Source: Bugula neritina (Eukaryota > Animalia > Bryozoa). From it: a DNA stretch of 64,000 nucleotides. This document shows positions 52,101 through 64,000 of this stretch, piece after piece. The notes beneath the pieces were generated by a model that saw only the letters and a list, made by a program, of their open reading frames with translations, did not search any database and was not told the DNA's origin. Positions within the stretch are counted from its first letter, which is position 1, and every line of letters begins with the position of its first letter. The stretch is taken from contig OZ037765.1 of NCBI GenBank assembly GCA_964035545.1, positions 25,791,504-25,855,503 on the forward strand. Reading direction: 5' to 3'. The position numbers and the translations under genes are program-made.

Positions 52101-55100
52101 AATATGCATCTATGTGGTGTATTGACAAGGCTAGTTCAATACATAGCACTCCTCCCTCACAATTTAGACTTAAGAGTTATGGCTTGTACCAATCTGGCTG
52201 TCTGCGCTCTCTGGTTGGATAGCGCCTCTCATGAGGATGGACAATATTATTATCAGCTTGGGGTGTGTTGGGTACCACTGATTTGTTCATATTTGTAGAT
52301 GGAAGGCGAATTTGAAGCTGATTAGCATGCCTCTTCCAGTTGCCACTGTCTGTTTGTACTATGTAGATAGCATTTCCTTGTTTTGATATGATAGTTCCTG
52401 GGATCCACTTTGGACCAGTACTGTAGTTACGAGCGTACACTAGTGAGTCAATAGTGAACTGTGTTGTCTGTGGCTTGTCATGTTTAGGGTATTTGTGATT
52501 AGTAGGTTGGAGAAGGGATAGTAAGCCTCTGGGCTGGCGGCCATGCAGGACTTCTGCAGGTGTTTTCCATTCCAAAGCAGGATGTGGAATGGTTCTGTAT
52601 GATGCTAATGTAAGTCTGATACTCTCGTCTAGGGATGCTCCTCCCTCACAATTCTTGTCCACAGAGCTTTTAAAAGTTCTGACAAATCGTTCAGCTTCAC
52701 CATTTGAAGGTGGGTGGTATGGAGGTGACAAGACATGGTTGATGTGGAAACTGTTGCAGAAATTAGTAAATTCCTGGCTGGAAAACTGTGGGCCATTATC
52801 TGTAACTATAGTAGCAGGTACACCTTCTATAGCAAAAATATCCTTTAATACTTGTAATGTTTGGCGAGAAGTTGTCTGCCCTATTTCCATGCGTCCAATA
52901 TATGGAAATTTTGAACAAGCATCAATGCAGATAAGCCACATTTTTCCTCTAAAAGGTCCAGCAAAATCTAGATGTATGCGTTCGCATGGCTTGTCTGTCT
53001 TGGGCCAGCTTTGAAACTTCTGGTCTGGAGCAGCTGCTGACTCCTGGCATACTTCGCAAGATTTTATGGCCAGCTCAATATCCGTGTTGATGGTGCTCCA
53101 CCACACATAGCGGCGAGCTAGTTGCTTTACCTTGACTACACCCCAGTGTGAAGAATGAAGTGTGGCTAGTATTCTGCATTGAAGTGAACGAGGTATAACT
53201 ACACGACTTGTTTGTTCGCGTATCAACAACAATACACCTTGTTCAAGTTGCAGGGAGTCACGGTGAATCCAGAAAGTGCCCAGTTCTTTGTCATCTGGTT
53301 TTGTGACTGGCCAACCTTGCTGAATCCATTTTATGACACGTTGAAGGTGTTGATCTTTGACAGTTTCCTGTCTGACCTCATTGTATCCAGCAACAGGTGA
53401 TGTAAATATTTGCTCTTGTATTGGATGGGATATCTCCTTGTTGTCCTGCTGCTCGATCCGGTCAAAATTGCTATCAGGACCAAATGGTAACCTCGAAAGA
53501 CAATCAGCATTCCCATGTTGGGAGGTCTTCCTGTACCTGATAGTAAACTGGAAACCCATCAGAGTGAGAGCCCAGCGTTGTAAACGCTGTGCTGTTAAAG
53601 TTGGAATATTTTTGCCTGGTGCAAAAATAGTAGTGAGAGGCTCATGGTCTGTGACTAGCGTAAAATGTCGTCCATATAGGAATTGTCTGAACTTGGTCAC
53701 ACCATATATAATAGAGAGAGCTTCACGTTCAATCTGAGAGTAGTTCTTTTGAGTGTCAGTCAATGTTTTTGAAGCGTAAGCCACTGGAACTTCTCCCTGA
53801 TCAGTATCCTGCGAGAGAACAACTCCTAATCCATAGGATGACGCATCGGCTGCAAGAATTAGGGGTTTTGTCTCATCATAGTGTGTCAGGCTAGTAGCAT
53901 TGATAATGCTATTCTTTAGCTGGGTAAAGGCTTGTTCACATTCATTTGACCATGTGAATGTGGTATCATTCTTGAGGAGCTTGTACAGTGGAGCTGCTTT
54001 ATCCGCAAGATTAGAGATGAAGCGCCCATAGTAGTTAACCTTTCCTAGAAATGCTTGCAGTTGGTGCAAGTCCTGTGGTCGAGGTAATTGAGAGAGAGCT
54101 GCCATGGAAGCAGCTGTTGGTCGTTTGCCATCCTTGTCGATGGTGTGACCCAGATACTCAACAGAGTGCTTGAAGAATTCACACTTGTCTAATCGTATTC
54201 GAAAACCATGCTCTTGAAGTGTTGAAAGCAGGTTTGTCAGATTAGTCCAGTGTTCTTCCTCCGTTTTACCAGTAATGATTAAATCATCAAGGTATGCAGC
54301 AACTCCTGGTAATTTTTGAGTCAAGGTATCCATACACCGTTGAAACTGAGCTGGACCAGGGGCAATTCCAAAGCACATTCTATTATATTGGTATAATCCG
54401 AATGGAGTGTTTATCACACACAGCTGTTTGGCATCATCTTCTAGCTCAAGTTGTAGGTAAGCATCAGCCAAGTCAAGTTTGGTGAAGAATTTACCTCCTC
54501 TAAGCCTGTTCATTAAATCATCCAGTTTTGGTAGTGGATGCTGATCTATGGAGATGCACTGATTGAGTCGCTTGAAATCTCCACAGATGCGAACTTTGCC
54601 AGACGGCTTGGTAACCACTACTATAGGAGCGGCCCAGTTACTGAAGTTAATACGTTGTATGACACCTTCAGCTTCAAGCCTGTTTAATTCAGCCCTAGTG
54701 GCCTCATGTTGAGAATAGGGGATTTCTCTAGGTTTAGAAAAACAAGGTTTATGTTCTGATTTGAGGTAAATTGGTACTTTGAATGTTTTACAATGTCCTA
54801 TTCCAGGTTTGAAAACATCGGGATATTTTGTTGTGAGAACTTTGACCTTGGTATCAACATTGTGTACTGCGTTAGTAACCTCGGTGTCACTGTCTACAGC
54901 AGATAGACCCTGTTGTGATAGTCCAAAACTGTCACTCCAGTCTACACCCAGTAAGTTGACACCTTCATCTGAGTCTACTATTAATAATCGAAGATTGTTT
55001 TTTGTAGTCTGACCAATGGTTACTGTTACATAGCATTCACCACGTACCTGCATAGCGGTATTTCCATATGAATGAAGGGTCGTGTCTGTCTGTTGATATG

Positions 55101-58100
55101 GTGGAGAGCATAGGGCTTCGTAGCCTTTGTTCCCTACCATAGAACAAGTAGCGCCTGTGTCCCACTGAAATTGTGTTTGTTTGTTGTTCACAGTAGTGTT
55201 AATCCATATTTGTTTCCCCTTGCGTTCATATATATTGTAAACACTACTTGAAGATTCTTCTACGAAGTGAGAGTTGTTCCCACTTGATTTTGATGAAGTT
55301 TTGCAGACGCTAGAAATATGTCCTGTTTTGTTGCACAGCTTACATTGTTTGTTACGGTGAGGACATTGTTTACGATCGTGGCTAATGTAGCATTGTGGAC
55401 ACGATTTCAACTTGGAAGGCTGTGTTGGCATAGCAGTCTGGTTTTCAGACTTGTGAAATTGTGGTCTCTTGCCCTGACTACCTTTGTTTTGACGTTTGTA
55501 TGTTGAGGACATTTGATTTGTGGTAACAGGTGTAGAGGTCTCACCCTTCAAAACTTTATCAGTTTCTGCTGTTTGAATGTATGTAGCTGCCTTCTTTAAC
55601 ACATTTTCCAGTGTAGGATCTGGATCCAATAAGCATTGTCTACGTACATCAGCATGTGGAGTTTCTTTAATAATTATGTCACGGATTTGATCATCAACAT
55701 AACTTTCACCACAGTCTTCCTTTTTACAGGTAAAATTGCAGTTACGAGCTAAACCCCGTAAATCAGCTGCCCAATCTGAGTATGACTGGTTAGGTTTCAT
55801 TTTACAGTTATAAAACTGATATCTAGCTGCTTGCACATGTTTTGTTTCAATAAAATGTGTGCTAAGCTTACCTGCTAGATTATCGAACGACATGGTAGTT
55901 ATGTCCTCTGAGCCATACAGTTTTGTCAGCAATTCATAACATTCTGAGCCAATCCATGAAAGTAACCAAGCTCGTTTTTGTTCACTGTCATTTACTTTGT
56001 AAACGGTAAAGTGCTGATTGAGCCGCTGTAAATACTGAGTCCATGATTCCTTGTCTCTGTCATAAGAGTCGAATCTAGGCACAGTTACAGATTTATTTTG
56101 TGCAGGTTCACCAGGCTTTACAGCTGTAGTAAATTGTCCCAGTATTTGAGCGAATTGCTCCATCTGCTGCTGCTGTTGTTGCTGCATTGTTGTTACAAGT
56201 TGTTTTATAACTTCCTCCATTTCAAAATGATATGGTTGTATTTATCCTACTTCTGACACCAGTTGTTGTGTTCTTGTTATTTGTTAAACAAGAGTAACAG
56301 TAAGATTAAGCATGTATAAGTAAGATTGGCTGTAGAGTAGAATGTATGACTGTATTGTATTGAAGCTAACAAGTAACTGACATAAAAATACATGTAGATA
56401 AACAGTGACAGAATAACAACTGGCTTGTATATTGATATGGCAAAAACTGTATATAATGAGTTTAAACAAATAGACATTAGAATAAAAAAGTAACCGAGCA
56501 CATAAAATGTGGTATGTCATAATATGCATCTATGTGGTGTATTGACAAGGCTAGTTCAATACATAGCACTTAAAATAACTCGACAGCCAGACGTCTTCGG
56601 TCAAATTTGCCAACTGTTGTAACGTAGCTAAAAATTCTAATGCTTTTTACTACCAGTATTTTTTGCCAACAGAAAATTCGAGGTTTATGTGGTGCAATGG
56701 TGCTAAGAACAATTTATAAATACTAAATACCTAACGAGGCTTAGCCTGACATAATACATTCATAAGATATTTGTCATAAAATTAAATTTTCTGATACACA
56801 CATCTTCCTGCTATATAGATCTAATCAGTCTAGAATCTAGATATATCAATAAACAGTGCTGGGTGTCAGAAGACCCTAGAATATTCTATAAAACAACATT
56901 TTCTGCTGATAATCAACCTAATAAGTTCCTAATAGAGCAATGAGAAATGATTGTAAAAGCAGAAGAGAAAATAGTTAAACAGAAAAAGTACAACTATTTT
57001 AGTATAATGGAACATTTGAGTACTAATATTAGAATGAAAATTGAAATAACGTTTCTAATCACAATTATCAACAAAGTTTGGTTATTCCTGGGGTTGGCAC
57101 TGTTGATTTTCAATGTGACAGAAAACAGAGAGATAAAAGATTAATATTTGGTGAAAGAAGTTTGTGTTAAGAAGAGGCAATACCTGGCGGATGGTGAGAT
57201 ACTTGCTCAGCTACATACAACATCCTGCTAGCCTGATTTCCATTCTCACCACTGACATCCCACGAGCAGTGGAAGGTCTCCCCAATAATAGGATTATATG
57301 GCTTCTTGGCAAGACTACCCTGAATATCAACGAATATTAGATACACAATATTTTTCAACACAGCAAATCCAATGATAATGATGAACTATAAAATACAGGT
57401 ACAAAAGAATATAACAGCATGCAATATTCACTATCAATACTCTATAACATGTAAATGCTTATTGATTAACATCATATTACTGTTGAATAATAACCATTTT
57501 TCGTTTCAACATTAGTTCTCAGGCATGACAGTCAATATGCACTTGATTAATATTTTATATACAACAAACATGCTAGCTTATCAATAGCAGTTGGATAAAA
57601 TTGATTATTGCAACAGTTTAATGAGCATAAGCCAGTTCAGTGGAAGAGTTATGTTGTGTTGTTGTCTTGACCTTGCATAGTTGCTTCCTCTTACGCGAGC
57701 ACAATAGGTTGGGAAATTTGGCTAGGTATAGTGAGGTCACTTGTCTAAGTTGTCAAAGCTGTGTTTTTCACATGAAAACAAGTTTGCCGTTTTCATTGAG
57801 CCAAGTACTTATTCTTACACCTATGTTTTATATTTTGATTCAATAGCCTAGTATAACTTTATACATTGGAGCAACTTTAATCTAGTAATTAGAGTAGTCT
57901 AGTGGTGATGTTACGAAAATTCTGATGGCAACAGTCCTTGCATGTTAAAACACTATTACCATTAGGGTTTCTCATAAGGGTGGAGATTTTAAACAAATGT
58001 GATTGAATCTTTTAAATGTTTACAATTGACAATATATTGATACATCATTTCGTTCTTCTGGCAGTTGAGAATGATAATTTATTTACAGAAATACTGATTA

Positions 58101-61100
58101 CACTAGTAGAAACTAGTTTCATTAGCCATTAAAAGTATATTCTTGCACTTAGTAACTCAATGTAAGTTTTACGACCAGACTACTTATTTATCTTTTTGGT
58201 GTATGAGCTGATCATATCATAGATCTGACAGTATTTACAGATTAAACTAAGTTTCAGCTGAGCAGTCAACTAGCTCAGAGTGATGGAGATCAAACTTTGA
58301 CCTGTTTCTGTGTCTCAAATTGACTGCAGCCGGACTGATATCAACGCCGGAAAAAGCGATTCAGATGCAAGCAAATTTACATTTTAATAATAATTAAAAA
58401 AAAGAACACAAAGTTTTTTGTGAAATAAAAGATGAGAAATAGTAAATTTGTAATTTCAGTATTCTATTATAATTATGCTATACAAAACTAAACATAAGTC
58501 AACACTAACTACCTTTCTGCCTTCATGGAATGATGCCAAGTACCACTCAACAACCTGCGTCATTCTGGCTCTTGGGTCAGTCATATCGGCTATTCTGAAT
58601 TAATGTAAAGAAATGAATAAAAAAAAATCTTCCAGAAACTAAGAAACTCAAAGTTTTCGCCATGAGAACTTATATAACTTGAAAAACAGGAAAATAGTTT
58701 ACATTGAGGGGAATACTTATAAGCTAGTGGATGTCATCATGAACCTGTCTACCTCAACTTATTTACAGCACAGTATTGTGTAGTACTTAGACACTGTGTT
58801 GTACTATAGTCATCAGTCACAAGATTAAATCTTAGTCTGTGTGCATACAAGACACATCTAACAGTTGCAGTATATGTTTTTCTATATAATAATATAACTG
58901 TGCACACATAGGCATTGTGGTTTTTGAGTGAGCTGCTGACGAATGATAAAATCAACATCATTACATATAAAATGGCAGTAAAGGACAACTCACCTCAAAA
59001 AAGTGTCAGGATGAGCCATGCAGTCCGCAAACATCTCTAATAATGATCTTTTCTCTAAGATGAATGTAGGCAACACAACCTAAATAACCACATCAAACAT
59101 ATATGAAACAATCCAGAAACCTTACTAATATCTTTCACAATTACGACAAAGATTTAAATAAATGTATTCAATACTAATAATATTTTACCAACAGTTTAAA
59201 CTTATGAGCTAGCACTCATCTGTGTGTATAAACTACCAGCTAAACTGAGTCTCCAATAAACTGATGCTAGTCTTACCTTCGTCAAGTCCATGCCCAGTTT
59301 GAGTTGAGATAACAGATGAAGGATGATTGTTTTATGCTGCTCCATCTCACCAAGATCTTTCTCTTCAGTAGCATCCGAGTCGGCGACTTCATCTTCGTGA
59401 TTTATTGCCGGCACTGTAAGCAGCATTACTGGCTGTTGAATAATACTGTTACTATATAATACTGTTACTATATATAATACTGTTACTATATAATACTACT
59501 ATTAGCGAAGAACAGCAGCTGGATAGCACTGTCTCCTTAGAAGGACCTTCTGACTAAGTGAATGAAAATCTTTGCTAATGCAACGCTCTGCTTCACTCAC
59601 CCTTGAGTAATATTCAATTCACGTGATCAGAATCAATAAATTATAATATTACTCTAGTCACATAATGTAAACATTAAACTACCATTAACCCTTTGATATG
59701 ATGAAATATTTGAATCAATTATCTGCCCTAAAGAACGATGTGCTCTGACTGTGACATAAACTATGTGAACTTTCTTTATATAGTAACAACAAAGGTAATG
59801 AAACGTGACAGTTTAGCTCTATGCCCATAGAGTGTGTTCAACAAGAACAATACTAATACTAATGGACTGAGCTAGGTCAAACTGTATCAGTATTACATTA
59901 AAGTATAGCTGAAAAATGTACTTCATCTTACTATTTGTATACCAACTGCAAAGAAATGAAGAAAACTTAATTTCAAACTGGTATTGCAATACTATGATAA
60001 ATCATCCAATAGCGTAAGTTATGGGATGAGAATATAATTTCATCATAATTAATCATTAGTACTGCAATGTTTTCCACAACCAGTTTACACTACAATACTT
60101 TCCACCCTGCCAAAACCAAGTTATATATTCATATTGCATGATTTATTACATGCGAGGCCAAAAATTGCTTTCCATAAATAAAGAATTTGTTAACCAATAG
60201 AAGGTGGCAAAACTTCCTCATTTGTATGAAGCCAGCCGTGAAGATGGTGTGTATTGATGATCAAGTTTAGTCCACCATATCTTTATATGTTTAATATTGC
60301 AAGCAAGCACTTAGCTATAACAATACTATCATGCATTTATATAGTTTAAAAACTACTGGCATTGAGCAACTTTCAAATCTTTGAAAATCTAACTTTTTCA
60401 GATAGTAGGTACAGAAATTTTTTTCTAGACTTCATAAAAATAACATGTACAAGTCATAATACACATAATTATGATACAATGGAGTAGTATGCAGGGTAAG
60501 GACATGCTAGCTTTCTTCAAACTGAACATAGAATATAGTTCAGCTTTTAGTACATATCAGCAAAAAAATTGATTGCAAATTCCTTTGATCATTCACCAGA
60601 AGAGTGGGGAAAAAGGAACTTAACTAAAATCCTAGAGAATAAAATTCAACTTTTCACTGGTAAAGAAGTTAAAACGCTCACTTCAAAACAAAAATGCAAT
60701 AATTGAAAAAATTCTAGAAATTGTACAACTCCCACAGTTAATGTTGAGGTTGAAAACTTAGAAATATCTTGTTGTTTCTTGAGTGTCAATTAGTCGTTTA
60801 CTATGACACAAATACAAAAGAATGTAAATTGGTGATTGGTGAACCAGCATAACACACTAACTTGGTAAAGGTTGAGTAAATCCAATTTCACTTTGAGCTA
60901 CCAGTCTTGATGACTCATCTAAATGACTCATTTTATTGTCTCCGTTGAGCTTCACATCAGTCTCAGATTTATCTCTGGAAAAGTTTGTACAAGGAGATGT
61001 ACCAACAAAATGTTTATAATATTCTTGGCCTTCAATATGAATTATGTAATTATTATTCACAACAGATATTTCGCCAGATATAGTCTGATACATTTCATTA

Positions 61101-63585
61101 TATGTATAAATGTAAATCATTCTAAAAATAAACAAATTAAGTTTATGTAAAGTAGTTTTAGGAGTATTGAAAAAACGAAGCGTGGGCACAACTCCAACAA
61201 TTGAAACTTGTAAACCTGATACAACATAATTATGTCCAATATGAAAATCAGAATGGAGCGTTACTGAAACTTAATCCAGTCTAAACCAAAATCTGTTACA
61301 AACCACAACTTTGATTATCCGGACAAACCAACTTTCCATAAAACTCAATTTCCTATTGCTTTATTTTATTGATGGAGAGAAATCTACATTTTAAATATTA
61401 AACTCTGATGGCACCAAGCTAAGTAAAAACAAAGTCAAAGCTCCCATTTTCCTTACAATAAATTAAACTTACTTGTTATTTATAATCCACTCTACTTTAG
61501 CACCAGATTTTAGGTGATTTTTCTTAAAAGACTGCCGAGCAATAGCCGCCTGAAATATAATCTTAAAATCAAACTAAAAATATAATGCTCATTTAAAAAC
61601 AGTATTTAAAATGAGAGTTTTACCACCATAATATGCTTTTATTCAGAACTCAAGATGTAAAAAAACTGGCCATTATAAAAATAAAAACAGTGTGAGCATT
61701 TTGTTTGGTTTGCAATACTCAAAGTCCATTAAAATGTAGTACAAAAAATAATTCCCCACCAGGAAAATCAAACTCAGCCGAACAAGCACAACATTTTACT
61801 CTACTCAAACGTGCATGGTTGAAAAAACACAATATCTAATGTTTCCTCCCGATATCAGGATGACTATGACTAAAATAGAACTTGCTGCTTAATACAGATT
61901 TGTTTAACATAACAAGTGACTTATTATAATTTAGTGCGATTACAAGTTTCAAACAGGAAAGACATACATGTTGCTGATCCAATATAGACAAACAACTGTC
62001 CAGGCAACCGGCAGTAGCCTTTGAACAAGCCTTGAGTAGTAGCATGTCCTACAATGTTACAGCATAGCAAGTCTACATAAAATAATATATTTAGTGTAAT
62101 GAATACTCCTGTACTTTGATTTAGTAACCAATGGCGTTATAAAGGCATAAAACAATGCCAAAAAATGTTTCTATTATTAGTAATCAATTACATCACAATT
62201 TCGAAAATTGTTGAAGCGAACAAAACATCCATCAGATGAGCTATGAGCATATATAACATATCTTATTGTTGAGCCTTAAGTTTAACTACTTATCAGTCTA
62301 AATAAAAATTTGATTTGTCTGGGGTTTAAAATAAAATATATCATAGTGTATTACTATAATCAAGTTCTCTCATCAATAGAGAGTTCAATTAACCTGATCA
62401 AGGGAGTTGATGAGGTCTCCGTGAGATGGTAGACTTTCTATTTTGTCAGCCAACTTGACCTCTAGAGTACAAACTTCATTAACATACTCTTTAACCTCAG
62501 CTAGAGCCCGGTTCTCCTCTGTCACCACAGCAGAATGCACGGAAGAGCGCCTATAATAATGATATGAAAGACTACTCGAACCAATAACCAAACATGGAAA
62601 AAATCATCAGCGCATATTTCTACAAGCAGTGCAGTGATGTGGCTATATTATTATATTCAAAGTTGAATCTCACATGGAATTAAAAAAAACATCAAATCAC
62701 TTGCTGATGGCAACATGAACATAAAAGAGATGTCCATATATGATGCATACACAAGTTACTTTAGAAGTGAAATGAAGAATGTATTTGTAGAAATCTGCAT
62801 TAGCAGTTGCCTCTTGCCATAATCAGTTAAGTTTGCAGATAGGAAGATCAGAAACGTGAAATGAAAGATAAAGTTAATAACCGTAAGAAACAGCAGGTTA
62901 AAAGACCAAAGCTGAGCGTCCTACCTGTGCTTCTGTTTTAGAATGCTCATTTTCCTAAAACAGTGGGTTTCAAAGTTCTCACTCACTCAAATCAACACTG
63001 TTAGTAGTATTCTGATATACTATGTGAGTGAATCACTAGGAAAGTTGTATATATTAGAATAAACCCTTTATTGAATACTACACAAATCTGGGGGTAAACT
63101 AAGTGTACTAACCTGCTGTGACGCACTGCGGGGGCGTCACTCCAGGTGGTACTACCGGCAGACCCTTTCGTCTCTAAAGATACGGTACTGGCCTTCCTTG
63201 ATTCGCTGACTTGTGTGACATACATCAATCTTGAGACCCATAGCTGTCTTGTTTTCGTATTATCAGCTAAAATTACAGTTATGGTAGGTTATTCTGCCCT
63301 CAATACTAATAGACATCTCATCAGTAATGTGAGCTATAATGAAACTGATCACTACTAAAGGGCAATGAAAAAAGAAAGTATTGCACCAGAAGCAATGTGC
63401 AACTCTATCAGAAAAATATTTAAACCAAAATAAGTAAAAACTAAATTCACTCACCACGTAATTTATAGACTTCCCCATTGGCAGCATATATAGTGAAAGT
63501 GACAGAGTCCTCCTCTGATGGAGCTACACTAGCACAGTGTAGATTGATAGCACCACGGGGCTTTTGATTCACCAACTCTTCCCTC
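49121..63585 (-). CDS. OSBPL11: Oxysterol-binding protein-related protein, ORP10/ORP11 type (5' end beyond the window)
   Basis: PH-domain exons ([10 protein letters not shown]...[22 protein letters not shown]; TRQLWVSRL) and ORD exons ([113 protein letters not shown]); stop at 49121-49123. OSBPL10 versus OSBPL11 is not resolvable. Confidence 0.9.
51844..52148 (-). repeat. 3' LTR (305 bp)
   Basis: Identical by eye to 56264-56568; preceded on the minus strand by the PPT GAGGGAGGAG (52149-52158). Confidence 0.96.
52177..56220 (-). CDS. Gag-Pol polyprotein, 1347 aa
   Basis: Two CCHC knuckles ([27 protein letters not shown]), protease WDTGA, RT YLDD, RNase H ([16 protein letters not shown]), integrase HHCC and D-D-E ([21 protein letters not shown]); PR-RT-RH-IN order. 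Confidence 0.97.
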   Translation of the reverse strand: MEEVIKQLVTTMQQQQQQQMEQFAQILGQFTTAVKPGEPAQNKSVTVPRFDSYDRDKESWTQYLQRLNQHFTVYKVNDSEQKRAWLLSWIGSECYELLTKLYGSEDITTMSFDNLAGKLSTHFIETKHVQAARYQFYNCKMKPNQSYSDWAADLRGLARNCNFTCKKEDCGESYVDDQIRDIIIKETPHADVRRQCLLDPDPTLENVLKKAATYIQTAETDKVLKGETSTPVTTNQMSSTYKRQNKGSQGKRPQFHKSENQTAMPTQPSKLKSCPQCYISHDRKQCPHRNKQCKLCNKTGHISSVCKTSSKSSGNNSHFVEESSSSVYNIYERKGKQIWINTTVNNKQTQFQWDTGATCSMVGNKGYEALCSPPYQQTDTTLHSYGNTAMQVRGECYVTVTIGQTTKNNLRLLIVDSDEGVNLLGVDWSDSFGLSQQGLSAVDSDTEVTNAVHNVDTKVKVLTTKYPDVFKPGIGHCKTFKVPIYLKSEHKPCFSKPREIPYSQHEATRAELNRLEAEGVIQRINFSNWAAPIVVVTKPSGKVRICGDFKRLNQCISIDQHPLPKLDDLMNRLRGGKFFTKLDLADAYLQLELEDDAKQLCVINTPFGLYQYNRMCFGIAPGPAQFQRCMDTLTQKLPGVAAYLDDLIITGKTEEEHWTNLTNLLSTLQEHGFRIRLDKCEFFKHSVEYLGHTIDKDGKRPTAASMAALSQLPRPQDLHQLQAFLGKVNYYGRFISNLADKAAPLYKLLKNDTTFTWSNECEQAFTQLKNSIINATSLTHYDETKPLILAADASSYGLGVVLSQDTDQGEVPVAYASKTLTDTQKNYSQIEREALSIIYGVTKFRQFLYGRHFTLVTDHEPLTTIFAPGKNIPTLTAQRLQRWALTLMGFQFTIRYRKTSQHGNADCLSRLPFGPDSNFDRIEQQDNKEISHPIQEQIFTSPVAGYNEVRQETVKDQHLQRVIKWIQQGWPVTKPDDKELGTFWIHRDSLQLEQGVLLLIREQTSRVVIPRSLQCRILATLHSSHWGVVKVKQLARRYVWWSTINTDIELAIKSCEVCQESAAAPDQKFQSWPKTDKPCERIHLDFAGPFRGKMWLICIDACSKFPYIGRMEIGQTTSRQTLQVLKDIFAIEGVPATIVTDNGPQFSSQEFTNFCNSFHINHVLSPPYHPPSNGEAERFVRTFKSSVDKNCEGGASLDESIRLTLASYRTIPHPALEWKTPAEVLHGRQPRGLLSLLQPTNHKYPKHDKPQTTQFTIDSLVYARNYSTGPKWIPGTIISKQGNAIYIVQTDSGNWKRHANQLQIRLPSTNMNKSVVPNTPQADNNIVHPHERRYPTRERRQPDWYKP
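56244..56261 (-). promoter_or_regulatory. Primer-binding site, probably tRNA-Leu
   Basis: TGGTGTCAGAAGTAGGAT, 2 nt inside the 5' LTR; complementary to a tRNA-Leu-type 3' end (recalled as ATCCCACTTCTGACACCA, one mismatch). Confidence 0.8.
56264..56568 (-). repeat. 5' LTR (305 bp)
   Basis: TG...CA termini, followed on the minus strand by the PBS. Confidence 0.96.
59441..59497. repeat. 16-bp tandem repeat (TAATACTGTTACTATA), about 3.5 copies
   Basis: Seen directly next to an OSBPL exon acceptor. Confidence 0.8.
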
Positions 63586-64000
63586 TGCAAGGTTGAAAAT
63601 CTTGAATCACTTGAATAGTGCAAACACATTGAACTAATTTAAAAAATTAGGTTTGATTTAATCCCACCTATCACATTAGTTCATTTAGAAAAACAATACA
63701 ATATAAACTATGTAAAAAGTTTTTCAAGGTTTTGTAGACTATACACAAGAGAAAAAATTGGGAAGATGACTTTAGAAATGCAAAATAGGTGTTTATTTCA
63801 TTTTTATTATTTACTAGAACAAAAAAAATAGTAGACGCAGAAAAAAAATTCTGTGAAATTAATTGACACAACATAAGGAAATGCTGGGCCAGTATATTTG
63901 GTAGCATTACGACTTTATTGCACCCACCTCGTAATACTCTACAGTGCCTTGATCTGGATAAAGAACAAACCACCTGTACTGCCATCCTTTCACCACATTG

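Larger units (their letters stand above)
51844..56568 (-). mobile_element. Full-length Ty3/Gypsy LTR retrotransposon (Mag-like), 4725 bp
   Basis: Two 305-bp TG...CA LTRs, 5-bp TSD CTTAA (51839-51843 and 56569-56573), PBS, PPT and one intact gag-pol ORF. Confidence 0.97.

Noticed and set aside
51857-52109. Duplicated 74-aa and 81-aa ORFs (also 56277-56529)
   Set aside because: Chance ORFs inside the two identical LTRs.
52589-55506. Several + strand ORFs opposite gag-pol
   Set aside because: Short antisense frames with no recognisable motifs.

Overview
AT-rich, intron-rich animal (invertebrate-like) genomic DNA; the species cannot be fixed from the sequence. Five conserved multi-exon genes were assembled by hand across GT-AG introns: DDX56 (+), TTC39 (-), SLC38A9 (+), UBE2W (-) and an OSBPL10/11-type oxysterol-binding protein gene (-, 5' end outside the window). 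The unusual material is intronic. (1) A two-exon gene nested antisense in a TTC39 intron encodes an ankyrin-like region fused to a divergent caspase-fold protease (THG...DACQ) with a ~175-aa Glu/Arg/Gly repeat linker. (2) A 36-bp minisatellite is a tandem amplification of a TTC39 exon end plus its 5' splice site, giving 11 identical in-frame donors. (3) Two decayed copies of a minimal type I hammerhead ribozyme lie in DDX56 introns, one inside a ~265-bp highly structured element embedded in (TA)n (retrozyme/Penelope-like). (4) An intact, very young Mag-like Ty3/Gypsy element sits in an OSBPL intron. Also present: nested hAT and Sola-like MITEs, tRNA-derived SINEs, an R4/Dong-like 3' fragment, and kb-scale degenerate trinucleotide tracts upstream of gene starts. 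Family assignments are from manual motif recognition; no database search was run.
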